Source: Spizellomyces punctatus DAOM BR117 (lineage: Eukaryota). From it: a stretch of 64,000 nt of DNA. The position numbers and the translations under genes are program-made. Shown piece after piece: positions 1-13,422 of this stretch. The first letter of the stretch is position 1. The number at the start of each line of letters is the position of its first letter. The notes beneath the pieces were generated by a model. The model saw only the letters and a program-made list of their open reading frames with translations, did not search any database and had not been told where the DNA came from. The DNA lies in NCBI GenBank assembly GCA_000182565.2, contig KQ257460.1; one strand, 5' to 3'.

Positions 1-3000
1 AGCCAGAAGTTGTGGTATAAATGTAATCCAATACCAGATCGGAACATCACCCTTGTACTCGTCGAACGCGTTGGCAATTGTATTCTCATTATCATCCAAG
101 CTCAATAGCCATAATATCCGTGCCAAGAACTTTCGTGAGCGGGCATTCTGATAGATACCGGCAGCCTGCAAGTAGCAGTTCATAGCCCCAGCACCATATT
201 TGATCTCCGTAGGTCGTTCTTTGAACATACGATCGTTATACTGGGCAAAAGCTGCCCAACCTTTCGCTAATGTCGTCTCAAGTTGAATAGAGGAAGAGAA
301 CGCTTTTTCTGCATCGTCATGAAGGTTCAATTTTGCAAAGAAGATGCCCTTTAAGGCAAAGAATTCTGCCTTTTGCTGGGGATTGAAGTAGAGCAGATTC
401 GTATTGTTGATCACATCAAGACCGGTAGCGTAATCAGTGGCATTCACGAAATAGCTTTTAGCTTGCTCGCGCAATTTGAAGAACGCCTCATGAATCTCAA
501 TGTTTGGCAGTGTGTAAATTTTGCTCAGCGAGTCGTTGCAGACATCGATCAACTGATGTTTCCGCGCGACGTGAGCGAATCGGTTGATGGTCCATGCCGT
601 TTCATGGTATCCGCGAAACGCCACAGAGCTCGGATTATCTCTCACACCGTTCCCATTGTGTTGCACATTAAGCTGAGGAATCAGTGGAAGGTATGCCTTG
701 TTCACTATCTGAAACACGTGCTGACGCCAAGCAACAATATCACTCCACAAGGTAATGTCATCCCACATGTTCGGAAGTCGATCTCGCCAAGTGGTGAAGA
801 TTCCTTTTAGTTCCTGTTGCTTATCTTGTATGTTCACCACTGTAGTCGTATTGAGGATCTGTTGTATCTGAGCTCCCTCATGTAATTCCACAAACTGCTG
901 GAAGGTATGCAACAGAGGTATATGGGCATTGAGTCCTTGTTTTGGTAGGATGAACCAGCGCTTTAAGCTGCTTTGCACCCCTTCGTCGCAAAGCTTATGG
1001 AATTCCGCTTGGCGTTCGGGTCCTTCTTGGTATCTTAACAGTAAACTGAACGACTGAAAGACCTTCCGTCGAGGGCTATCTTGCATCGATTCTAACGCAG
1101 TCTGCAGCGACTCGCGTTCACTGGTCCAGTCAGAGAGTCGCCACGCGCATTCCAAAAATAATTCTGCATTGGCCTCCTGTTTCGACAAGTCGGTCAAGAG
1201 ATCCCACTGCTGTAACCGCTCTGCTGAATAGACCCAATGATCCTCCCAAAGTCGGTATTCGGATTCAGTAAATGGCAAAACGCCTGTTCGCGCCTTCGCT
1301 TGGGCGGCTTCATACAGCCGTTGAGCTTGAGCCCACATACCCCCTTGCTCATAGGATATCGCCGCATTCGTCTCAGCAAAAAGGCTGCGTCGTCGCCACA
1401 GTCCGTAGAAGTAATCAGCTTCAGAGAGGCTCCAGAAAATCTCACAGAGGGCATCAATCGTGCTCTCTCTAATTTTCTCATCCTCTTTCGCTGCCAATAC
1501 TCCGGCGAACCGCGTGTCCACAATGGACTGTTGTAGCAACTCCACTGCAATGTACCAGGCGTCGTATGTCTTCCCTAAATATCGTACTAGCTGAGGGGGT
1601 AACCGAGGTTGGATTGCTGCCTCGCACTGGCAAATGCCCTCAAGTAACGCTTGAATGACGTTGGGTCGCATATCAACCTGTTTGATATGGTAGTCCTTCG
1701 CCAGCAGAGGTATTATAACCTTATGTACGTCATGCCGCTCTCGAGGGTTGAGCAAACCCCAACAGAGCGGGAATATATCAACCCACATTGCGTAGGTGAC
1801 GTTATCGTCAGAGTACAACAGCTGACGAAGTGAATCCACAAGGGTTTCCAATGTGAGCGACTGGAGATCACGCAAAAACTCGCGGTGATGTTCCATGACA
1901 GCCGGAAAGCGTTCGTCACTTGTTGTTGTGCTTTCGATTGCCATATTATCTTCCGAGGCATCCAGCGCAGTTATAGAGGCAGTTCGGTAACCCGGCGCGC
2001 ACGTATGCAGGTGGTCTGTGGTCAATACACTTCCAAGTAGTAGATCGAGCGCTTGCCGGAGCCAGAAGTATGATGCGAGGTGATCCCAGTTTTGCACGCC
2101 CAGAATATAGTTGAGACGGATATACACCGATTTGCCGATGCTCTGGTGGAATATATCGGCAAATCTTCGTCGTATCGACGGATTCTCGTTCTTGGTTCCC
2201 ATCAAAAATGCTTGTTCCAGACGAACGGTAAGCTCTGACCGAGCAAAAGACGAGGTGCTGTAGATGATAGCCACCAGATCTAGATACTCCTCCAACAGTT
2301 TTTGATCACCGCGAATGTCAAACGACATCATCATTTTGACCAGAAGATTGGATTTTTCTTTAATCGTCGGGAAGGATTCGGCACTCCCGAGAACCCAGTG
2401 ACGCACCATGTTCAATATAGTACGTAGCAACTCAGTGTCTGCTGAAAAGTCCATCAGCTGTACTAACGATTGCAGGAATATTCTTCTGTGTTCACCCATC
2501 TGCGACACGCGAGGATTCAACAAACCAAGAAGCATGACCAGGAGGCGCGAGGGTGAATCCGGAGGCGGTGTCGCTTGTCCTAGTGGTTGGTCTTGATGAT
2601 CTTTGACCAATTTCGCTAGCAATTTCATCAAATCAGTCAGATAGACATGCTCAGATCTCGCTTGTACACTGCTGATTAAGGATAGCACACAATAAATGTG
2701 AGACGGAGAATTGTTCGCAGTTGGGGGGTTGCTTGCTGCGGCCGAAGCCGAAGTAACTTCTTTCAGCCCTGTCTGGATTTTGGATTCAATCATTTTGGTG
2801 AAGGTCGACAAGGCTTCCGACGGTTCCTCGTCTCTCATTACGTCGATTGCGTCGAATAGGCGACTGATCACTGGCGTGAGCATCTTTGAAATGCGAACAT
2901 TGTCTGTCTTGACCCATCTATCCACGCATTTATGAATATAGGCAATGTTCGATATGATCCACTCTTCCGACTTAAACTCCGTGACGATAGCCAGGATCTG

Positions 3001-6000
3001 GACGGCGTTCGAGATTTGATTCATGTGATTTTCAGCAACCTCCAGCGTTACAGCCCTTTCAAAGTTTACCAGGTTGACCTCGACGTCAGGCCACACCTTC
3101 AAGCACTCGCGTACGAGGCTCACGACACGGAAGGACGTTCCCTTCTTCTGGATAGAATCCGTCAAGCTGCTGGCAATGCGGATCAAATAGGAGAGTACAG
3201 TAGCATGATCTTCGCTGCTAATGATGCTTTCTTTCGGTTCAGCTTCTTCTTTGACAGGAGCGGAAACAACGGGTTTGTCTACATCCATGGCGTCGGGTTC
3301 GGCGCTCGCGTGTCTCTTGGGAGTCACCGGACCGCTACTTGCGACTGATTTACGCTTCTCCCCAACTAGTGCATTTCAAGGCACGATATTGAGTATAATG
3401 GTTAGATGATAGATCCTTTTCTACAGGAGACGGGAGATGTCATTCTTACCATTACCGTCCCCGTACGGCTCCCAGTCCATTGGATCTTCCCCCGTTTCCA
3501 TGCCCAAATGACGTCTATCCCACTGCAACAACAGATCACAAAGATCGACCGTTAAAAGTCGTGATTCTGGGGTGGCATGTGTAGAAAAAGCCAATTTCAT
3601 CAGCGATTTGACGACTCCTGGCACGAAAAGGTGTTTCCAATCGTAAAAGAGATCCGGGTATCGGGCTAACAGCTGGTAAATCGTTACCAACTGCGGGAAG
3701 CTATGACCGTCCTCGATAATAATCTTTCGCGCCCATCGCACATACAAAGGCAAGGATGATTGCGCCTCTCCCGACACATTGATACCTATCCGCTTCGGAA
3801 GCACTGGGAATAGGATATCAAGCGCTTGACGGACGAGCACGCGCCCTTGGGGTGTATCCGATTGATGAGCTCGCAGGAGCGCAATATATATCTGAACGAC
3901 AATTCTCGCCGGAGTTTCGTACTCTTCAATCCACCGCGCCAGTAAAACATATGCAGCTTGCTTGCAAATGACGTCTTCAAGCTTGATATTATTCCACGCA
4001 AATTTGATCACGTCCTTTCGCGTTTCGCGAGGGACATATTGGACGAGAAGAGATGTGAACTGTAGCAATTCTACCTTGAAGCTGTCGTGGAGATTCAGAG
4101 CTATCCCAGTTTCCGAATGTAAAGGAAGCCAAATCTTTTTGTGAATCGTGTTAATGATATTGGTGTCCAGTACCTCTGCCGCTTCGCCCTTCTCGAGGGA
4201 GGCTCTTAACATCGGTGTCACCAACAGCCGCAAAATACGGGCTTTGCGGCTCTGACTTTTCGAGACATCGTCAAATATTTCGAGATATCTCTCAAGGATG
4301 GACCGTTTATGTTGCGGACCGTAGCGCATTATAACATCATCGAATAGATACTGTCTAATGAGCCCCGTGTCGATGACGTCCTCTTGCTCAAACACCTCCA
4401 TGATCTCGAACAATGCGCCAATGTCATCGGGCTCCGCCTTGAGGTAAGATATGTAAATTTCTACAATATATTGAGTGAACTGTCCCGGGGGGTGCGTCGT
4501 ATCGCTCCAGTTGATCGGCTGTGCCCGGTGTACCTTCCACAACTGCGCAACATTCTCCAAAATCACTTTATTCTGAGCCAACCAGTCTGGCTGCCAGCGA
4601 CATAATTCACCGACAATCAAAACACCCCGAACGTGCCGAGCAGTAGCATCCGTTCCCTCTTCCGGGTATCCAATCGACTTTGCCACCAGTGCATCCACGC
4701 TCTTCATGACCTCCAAACGAAAGACGGATGCTTCTGTCGAGGCCAGTAGATCAATCAGAAGTTCTCCATATGGTGCTTGATGTAAGTTGTCAAAGAAGAG
4801 AGTTACGGCTTCCGCGGGATATCTATTCAAAAACTTGATCAGAGGAGGGCGGAAAGGACTTGATATCGTACGTCGCAGATGACCCTCCAATGACAGAATC
4901 TCTTTGATCATATCGTCCATGAACACATTCGCAGTTGCGGGCAACAAAGGGAAGATATCCAAGATGGCCACCATCACCTTGATGTCCTCGATCTCGGTCA
5001 GGGGTTTCCCTGACACCTCGGCTAACATGGTTGGAGTTCCCCACTGGCGGAGGTGGTCCAAAAGCTTCTTACCAATCTCGACCTTGAAGTAATTTGTCAG
5101 TAGCTCTAATAGCCGAGCCAACCCTTCCAATCCAGCTACGTTCAGCCGTTTGTGATCTGACAGATTAACCAAGATTGGGCGCAGGCCGGCCTGAAGTTGC
5201 TCCTTCGGAAGCTTCCCTTGCTGATTAAGAATCTGTTGCAAACCTAAAGTGTGATTGATTTTGTGAGCATTAACCGGCATCCTCGATGTGATAACTTCAC
5301 CCACCTTTAAATGCGGTATCCACGACCTCGGGAGATTTCGAATATAGAGATTTGAAGAACACTGAGACAATACGAGACCTCGTATTTGCTTGTCTGGGAG
5401 CCTGAAAATCCGCACACGCCATGGCTGCGGACAAAAGCTTAAGGCAAACCACACGAAGGCTGATCAATGAGTTGGCATTCTTGACGTGAGAGGTCTTGCT
5501 CACTAATGCTTGATCCTCAGCGTCCGCCAAAGCCAACGCCTCCTGGATCAATCGCATCAATTCGTCTCCAAACACAAGGAGCGGCGGTCGTAATGACAAA
5601 CAATAGGTGATGGCGTCAATGTGGCCAATCTGCATAGCAAACGGCAACGCTCGGAGCGGCTTGGCAAAAATCCGTTGCAGCAGTGTTTGCTTCACAGGCG
5701 ATAGCAGCTCAGTAACCTCACTACCAGTTAAATCAGCCAACAACTGTAATGCCGATTGAATCGTTTCCCGAACCGCACCGCTGGAATCCGACAACTCTGA
5801 GATCAGCAAAGAAATTAGGCTGTGAAACTTTGCCTGACGTAGGGATGTGCCTTCTTCTCCTTCTGGTCGATTACAGACTTTAAGTACATGTGATAGAGTC
5901 TGGGTTGCATCTTCCACACTACCCATTGCCATATCGGGTGACCTGTCCTTGAGAACGTACAAAAGCGCCTTGACAAACTCTAATTGATGACTGAGCATCC

Positions 6001-9000
6001 ACTTGGTTCCCATATGTAATTGCGAACTGAAAATGGCAATACCGAGACAGCCTCCTGTCCTATGGAACCACTCCTGTTGATAACAGCAGGAACAGAAGCG
6101 AGAGGCAATGGTATGCATGACAGGCAGCTCATCTGCTGCTTCTTTGCCGCCAAGAACTACCACGCAGGTATCGTAGAAGAGTTGAATGGCCTTTTCGGCC
6201 AGATGTCGTCGGTCTTGGCTTTCCGATGTGATGACCTCGACCACCGCTTCAAGAAAACCGTTCACGGAGGACGACCTGCCTGTAGCCAGCAGACCTTTCG
6301 CATTGTCAGGCTTTGTAGCCTTCTGTGCTTCAACCGTCTCCGCTATGCTTAACATGGCAAAGTGACGGCATAGGTGTTCAACTAGTGGCCACGCCTGTTC
6401 GCGTAGCGCGCCCTCTGTTGAGGCTATGAAAATGGCGGCGATGGCTCGCGTCACCGCCTTCTCATGCGATTCTCTCTTATCACCTGTGATCAGAGGGGGA
6501 TCGATGAAAGGGTGCACATCTTCATTGGCGGCTTCTGCTTTCTCCACTTCGCTCTGTTTCACACCTTCCATATCGACGGATCCAGGCTTCTCCTCCTGCT
6601 TGACCCTCCCCAAAAATTGTTGAGCAAGCCCGTGGAGCCGCTGAGCGTAATCATCCGTACCGTCATCAACATCAAGCAGCAATGGCAGACATGCTTTGGC
6701 AAAGATGAATGCTTGCTCCTTAAAATGCAGCGAGCTTCCAGAGTCGTCCAATATGCGACCTGACAAGTCCAGGATGTTGTCCAGTGCTATCGTACTCGGT
6801 TCAGCCCCATGAAAAGGTAGTGAAACCTCCAGTTGCTTCTCCCTGTTAATAATGTGAAGGAGGTCTACCGGATCCTTGACATACCGCCTGTTGCGACCAC
6901 CCAGTTTTCCAAGGATTCGCACCGCTGCATGGCTATGAGTCTGGTTGTACGGTAGCGGCTTCAGATGTTTGCGGAGAGCAGCCATCAAATCTTTCAACAC
7001 CGGACGCATAATGGGTTCGAGAAAGTCTTGTGTCAGGTTATCAACGCAGAGTTCCAGTGTACGCAAGCCCTGGCTGACAAGCTCTGGCCCAGCCTCCAAA
7101 GCAAGCACCAGAGGCTTCATCAAGTATGACAGATACGGTAGAAGCACACTGAGCCGGACTGGCACCGTTAGGCAAAGTTCGACAAATAACTCTCGTAGAT
7201 GCGGTTGGTGAGCAGTTGCTAGCAAACCATTCAGCCCCTCCAGAAGCACTTGAAGGAGGGGTAACACTTCCTGATAGAGCATTTCGAACCGGCCGCCTCC
7301 AATACTTCTAAACAGTGCACGGAGGAGAAGAAAATAGTTCAAGGATTCCTTTGCTTTAGTCGACAATTTCATTGAAGTCATAATTATGTTTCCGATCTGA
7401 GGTCGAAGGACGGCTTCATTCTTCTCCGGGAAAAGTGTCACTGACATGAACAGTAGCTTGAACAGCCGCAGCATGACGGATGCATAAAGCGGATCTGAAT
7501 CGCCTAATTTTTCGAGCCGATCCACCAGAAAGCGAAGCATCAATCCCGCAAATGTTGGTGATACAATCGTGCTAGCGAGAAAGTACTGCGGTAGAGCGAG
7601 GACAGAAATGTTCTTCAAAATCTGTTCGAAAATGAAATCAATTTGTGACGAGAATACATCTTGGAAGACTGGCGGCTCAATCAAGGTAAAAGTGGATGCA
7701 AAGGCCTCAAAAACTTCCTTTTCTTCTTTCGAGCCAATGATGTTCGGCGAAATCTTTTCATTTACATTCGTCGTTCCCCCTTCTTGATTCATCGAGTCTA
7801 TGATCCAGTAGTCGAAGCATCCCAGACCGTCTCTGAGTGTACATATTAAAACATCAACATCCTCTCGTGAAAAGCCACGAGCTACGGTGTTCCAGGCTTC
7901 TGGGCTTTTTCCTTGAGGGGGAGGGGGATTACAAAGGCGCAACGCATTCAGTATGGCTTTAAGCCCCTGGACCATGTTTTTGAATAGGAATCGGATATCT
8001 GTGCCAAAGTCAGTGAAGCAGTCTGGTAGATGTATCAGCAATCACCGACTTACGCACCTTTAACGACATCAGGTGACCCCTCAAATGCTCGAATGTATGT
8101 TCGAATTGGTTGCGCATATCCAAGGTCGAGGTAACCATCCGTATCAGACAGCAACGGCGTTCCTTCGGACGCTTTTTGGGATTGGGGTGGCTGAGTCTTT
8201 TTCCGTCGATGATGCTCGAGGACAACCGGAAATGCCATGCGTAGGGAAGTAAACTTTGATGCAAATGTGCGTAGTATTCTCAATAGCAAGCCACGTGCTT
8301 CGCGCTTGTCGTCCAATCCAGCAAGGCAGTCGACAATGTTTAACAGCAACTTTGCGCACATTGTCTGGATATTTGGGGCAAAGTTCGGATCATGCAGATT
8401 TCGCGAGTACATATGAATGGCACGGGAAAGTTGTGCAATTGAAAGATCGGCACGGACGTGATGTATCAAGTCCACAAGGACACTGTGTGCAATGGGTCTG
8501 CAAACAAGGCATAAGGTAAGGCTCTCCTCCCGGCAATCAGAAATAGAAATGATAACTTACCGCAGGGTCTCCTTGGCGGTCACTCCACTCCCTACCAACA
8601 CATCCTCATTTAAAAGAATATCGACGTGTTTGACAAACGCATGGCGGAAGTCCGTGTACCAAATATGCCGTGTAGCTACCAACAGCTCCTGATATATGGC
8701 AACTCGTCACATCAGCTTTCCTCATGTCACAAATATCTGATAAGGCATAACACAGAGCAAACCTTGCGGGTAGCAGCGGCATCAGGCGGGCACGATCTCA
8801 TCAAGACCACGACAGCATCTGCAATTTGCTGCTGATACGGCTTCAAAATTGGTACAAAACTCCTCAAAATGTACGCAATGAATGAGACAGTCTGTAAGAT
8901 TGTGACGGTAAGGTACTGGATGAAAGACTCGCGCGAACGACACAAACTCACCTTCACTTGCAGCATGATAAAATCTGTGAGCGCGGCCCGATTTCTCACG

Positions 9001-10146
9001 TTTGCGCTTATTCCAACGTATACAACACCAGCCGCGTCAGCGTCAGCCAGCTCCTGTCGTTGCTGGGCAGGGAGTAGAGTCAAACACTGAAATACGGTTC
9101 AAAGCGTTCAGTAATGAGGACGTAAAATGTCAGTGAATCCGGGTCTTACGTGAATGATCAGGGGAACAAACACCGGTACATTTGCATTAACGTATTTTCG
9201 ATAGAGTTGAAAAAGAAGAGCAATAATTATCGGACACTCTGTCAGTACTTTGAAACTGTACAGACTTTTCTGCAAGACTCGAGTAGAAGGCTCTCCACTA
9301 TCGCTTTGCGCCGGCGACCCTGGCGGTGGGAGGGTAGGTTGCGGCATTACAGGCTGAAAACAAGCGCCAATTTGTCAGTCCCATCGTCAAAAACGCAACA
9401 TTGACATGATGCAACATACAGTGCTGGCAGCCGACTCATCAAAGACGTCCTTCACAGCCTGCTCCATGTTCCGGTACATCTCCTGTACGATATCAAAAAA
9501 CGGCTGAACCCAATCTTCCAAGGCTGCCTTATAAGCCTTATGTAGATCCACCATAATCTTGAGGGCCAAACATCCATTGTCTTCGTTATCTTCCCGCAGG
9601 ACATGCATGAGTGCCTTCATAAGGTCCGGCATCAACCCTTTCAGTGTGTCATTCTGTGGCAATCGTTGTATTATCTCCAGAACAGTGTTTCGCAGTTTCT
9701 GTGGTATACATGTGTCAATGAACTGCAAAAGCTAGTGTAAACGGCGCCACAGCATACTTGGATTGGAGAATTGCTGATGAAAGCAGGTTGCTCCTCAGTG
9801 AGGATAGCAAAGAATCTAGGGGCAAGAGTGGTAATGAGCCGCTGCTGATCATCGTCTTGAAATGATTCGATCGATTCACGGAGGTCGTTGACGAGGCGGA
9901 GACGTGATTGATTATCTGCAGGGAACAATCCATCGATATCCTCGCACTGCATTGAACAAACGCGCAGAAACCAACCTAAAGATGTGTCTGACAAGCGCTC
10001 AGCATACGCTAAGAAGAAAGAAATTAGATGTTAGGGATCGTCTGCCCTCGCGAGAAATGTCCGACCCATCACTTGGCACGACAGAGTAAAACGTACAATC
10101 GCAGTTCACGAGGCTCAACTGCTGCTGAGTGTTCAGTGGCTGTCAT
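1..10146 (-). CDS. TRA1: Tra1/TRRAP, PIKK pseudokinase scaffold of SAGA/NuA4 (multi-exon; 3' end runs off the window start)
   Basis: Minus-strand ORFs carry Tra1 motifs: SFKVLTECPIIIALLFQ, RALFRSIGGGRFEMLYQEVLPLL, ELCLTVPVRLSVLLPYLSYLMKPL, GLEGLARLLELLTNYFKVEIG. FAT-region text continues to position 1. ATG at 10146; short GT-AG introns. Confidence 0.96.
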
Positions 10147-11451
10147 AAGTTCGTAATGAGTATCAAGCTATAAGTTCACCTTGCAGCCCCAACTCCGAAG
10201 AACACTTACTTGTGACATGTTGGCACCCACCCCTACTCGGGCGGAGGTTGCAACCCAACACAGGCAGCAAACGAACCTATGGCAGTAACTGCGTGACGAG
10301 TACTAGTTGTAATTAGTGAAACGTCATGCAGGATGTTGTAGAGTGGTCCTACAAAGTGTGCGATCTAGGCCTGCGATCTAGGGAACCGAGGGAGTAGCAA
10401 GTTGCTCACTCGAACGAGTGCTGGCCGGCTTGGTTGGGTGCTTCTCACGTGATGAATTCACATTGGAGTGTGATTGTAGTGCACTGTCATCAGGCTTTGA
10501 GGCCAGGAGCAACTAAGTTGACGGCAGTTGACCGACTTTTTCTTAATGGATACCGCTTGCGATTAGAGAGTTTCAAAAGCGGGGTCCTTCCATCGACGTT
10601 ACAGGACGTTGGCATTGGCTGCAAAAAGGCCAATTGCATGCAGCTTGTGTGGTTATATTGACTGGATATTCCACATGGGTCGCTAATCGAATGAAGCTAC
10701 AGACTCAACAGTCAGGGATAGCAGTTCGAGCAACAAGCTGATAGATGCGAGTCAGGTTTAACGATTGATAATCCGCAAAGGGCATGCATCATGCGACAAA
10801 TTGACCACGCTATCTATGTGATGGTAGTAGTACAACCATGGTTATGAAGGACAGGGCTCTTTGTAATATCTTGGGGGTGTGTGATGTCCATGAGCAACCG
10901 AGACCATGGACCTAATACGGGATGTAAGTAGGGGCGATCCTGGGCTAGATGTGAAGATAGATTGGGAAATGTGTTTTTGTCCGAGGACGAATGAGTTCGG
11001 AGCTCACAAAGCTCATAGATCCGCCGCTCTATCACCAATGTCAAGTGCTCCATCAACTTTCCTTTGAGGACCTTCTGACTAGTACATCTTCCCTGCAAAG
11101 TGCATATATATGTGTACGCACCAGCATCCAATCCTTAGGGTAATGGGAGCAAAGCACCTCTGTTCATGCCACCTGCCAGTACTGATTCTATCAGCCATTA
11201 ACCGTTCACATCCAGCCAGGTCGACCATTGTCTCGAATGAAAAGCAACAAGCACCCCCTCAACCACATCAGCCTCGTCACACGGAAGCCAAGCCCGAGCC
11301 AAGGGTGAGGGCAGTAAACGAACCAAAAAAAACGCCGAGCATAGCCGCAGAGCCCATGTTCTTAACCGCAGGTTGAGGACGCGTCCCACGTCCGCTGTTG
11401 GGCGACGACCTGTCCAGCTGGTTCCATTCCAACATTCCATTACATACTGTC

Positions 11452-13313
11452 ATGTCCTCTCTCAATGTTCCTGAAGACACATTGAGCACATTAGGACCCC
11501 CCCGCTCTCCTAGTCGAGCTTCCCGACGAGCCTCCGCAGATGGTGAGCTATGAATTTCCTAACCCGGGCATTGTCAAAAAAAACCCACCAGAGTCCCCCA
11601 TAAAACCGCACAACCCTAATAACCAACAAACAGCCGGCATCAAAGAGACCCTCAACGCCGTCTTTCGAGAAGAAAGTGACGGCCAGCGGACACTCAACCA
11701 ATATATTATCAAAGACGTCCTCGGCAAAGGCGCCTACGGAACTGTTTACTACGGCGTTGACACCTCGGCAGAAGGCCAAAATGAAGGTGTCGCCATAAAG
11801 GAATTCAGTAAATCCAAGCTCCGCAGGCAAAAACTCCAGCGGGAAGGTGGTCCGTTTGGTGCAAGAGGGCTTCGAGGACGCGGACGAGGGGCCGGTGTCG
11901 CACCTAGTGCATTGTCTCATGCGAATATGCTGGCCAAATCGGATAACCCTATTGATCTGGTTAGAGGGGAAATAGCCATTTTGAAAAAACTAGACCATGA
12001 AAATGTTGTGCGATTGTATGAGGTGTTGGATGATCCACAGCAGGTTGGGAGAAACCTCTCTTTTTCAAGGCATGATCCTGAGTCCTCCTTTCTAATACCA
12101 GCTTTCACTCACCAGGACTCCCTTTACATGGTCTTTGAACTCTGCAGCAAAGGACCCATCATGGACATCTCCCTCGATAAGCCCACTGCTCCCCTCCCAG
12201 AAGACCTAGCCCGGGACTACTTTCGACAAATGATTCTAGGAATAGAATACCGTGTGTATTTACGTTAGTTTTGCACACCCTGTCCATTTACTCATTTCCA
12301 GCTATTCAGTCCATGAACACGATATTGCACATCGTGATATCAAGGTATTGCTCTCTTTGGCTGTCTTGCGTTGCAATAGAAGCTGTATCTCTAACCCCTC
12401 CCTCAGCCGGACAATATGCTTGTCGCAGCGGACGGAACACTCAAGATTGTCGACTTTGGCGTCTCTGAGATATTCAGTCCTGCTAGCGACCGTCTCAAAA
12501 CTTCGGCGGGGTCACCGGCCTTTTCCGCACCGGAGGTCTGCGTTGGTAATGGAAAGGTGCTTTGTCTTTGGACATTTTGAGATCCTAATGACAAGTGTCT
12601 TTTTAGCACACCATGGTGATTTCTCGGCTCGCGCGTGCGATATTTGGGCAATGGGCGTGACGCTCTATTGCATGCTATTTGGTTCATTACCGTTCAATGG
12701 AACATCTATTATAGATCTGTATGAAAGCATTCGGTCTGCACCGTAAGTTATTGCTTTGGCGGCGGTCTTGTGCCGGTTGGAGAGCATGATTTAACGTTTA
12801 CGGATTACTTTTTCAGGACTCCTTATCCCGACAGCGCGAGTGCGCTCCAGAGAAATGTTTTGGAGCGATTGTAGGTTTTTCTTTTTTTGTGATTCGGTTC
12901 ATGATGGGTCGTGGTAGACACGACAGTGTGCTGATGCTTCTGGACTTAGATTAGAAAAGAACCCCACACAGCGTATCTCGATGGACGAACTGCGGGCACG
13001 TAAGATGGTTTATTATGGTGCGTTGACCTAACACTCATGTCTTGTTGACATTGTAGGTTCATCCGTGGGTGACAAAAAATGGCACAGCTCCGTTACGAAG
13101 CAGATCCGAAAACTGTGTACCCGTCTCTGATATTACTGAAGAGGATATCAAAACAGCTGTCAAGGGCATCATTCCACTCTTTACGGTGGTGAGTTTGCCG
13201 CTGCTGTTTACACTTTGCGATATGTTCGCTCATGCTCGCTACATCCGCAGTTGAAGGCAGTCAATAAACTCAAGAAGCTCCGCCAAAGCGCGGAAGTAGA
13301 CAGCAAAGGATAG
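11452..13313 (+). CDS. Ca2+/calmodulin-dependent protein kinase kinase (CaMKK/Ssp1/Sak1-like Ser/Thr kinase), multi-exon
   Basis: [29 protein letters not shown] with Arg/Gly-rich insert, [51 protein letters not shown]. Start inferred at 11452 with a first intron at about 11543-11633; stop TAG at 13311-13313. Confidence 0.9.
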
Positions 13314-13422
13314 TATCATACCCGCCCTTTTTTGTACGTGCCTTACAAAATACACATATATAGATTGAAAATGCCCAAAAAGTCCAAAAAAAATATGATA
13401 CAAAAATGGTAGGAGCCGAGTA

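Noticed and set aside
3421..9994. Separate genes or frameshifts for the successive Tra1 ORFs
   Set aside because: The frame changes coincide with canonical short introns; this is one gene.
10814..11160. Possible LINE/RT remnant or small ORF between TRA1 and CaMKK
   Set aside because: Only a faint GALDIG resemblance to GGLG; no supportable motif.
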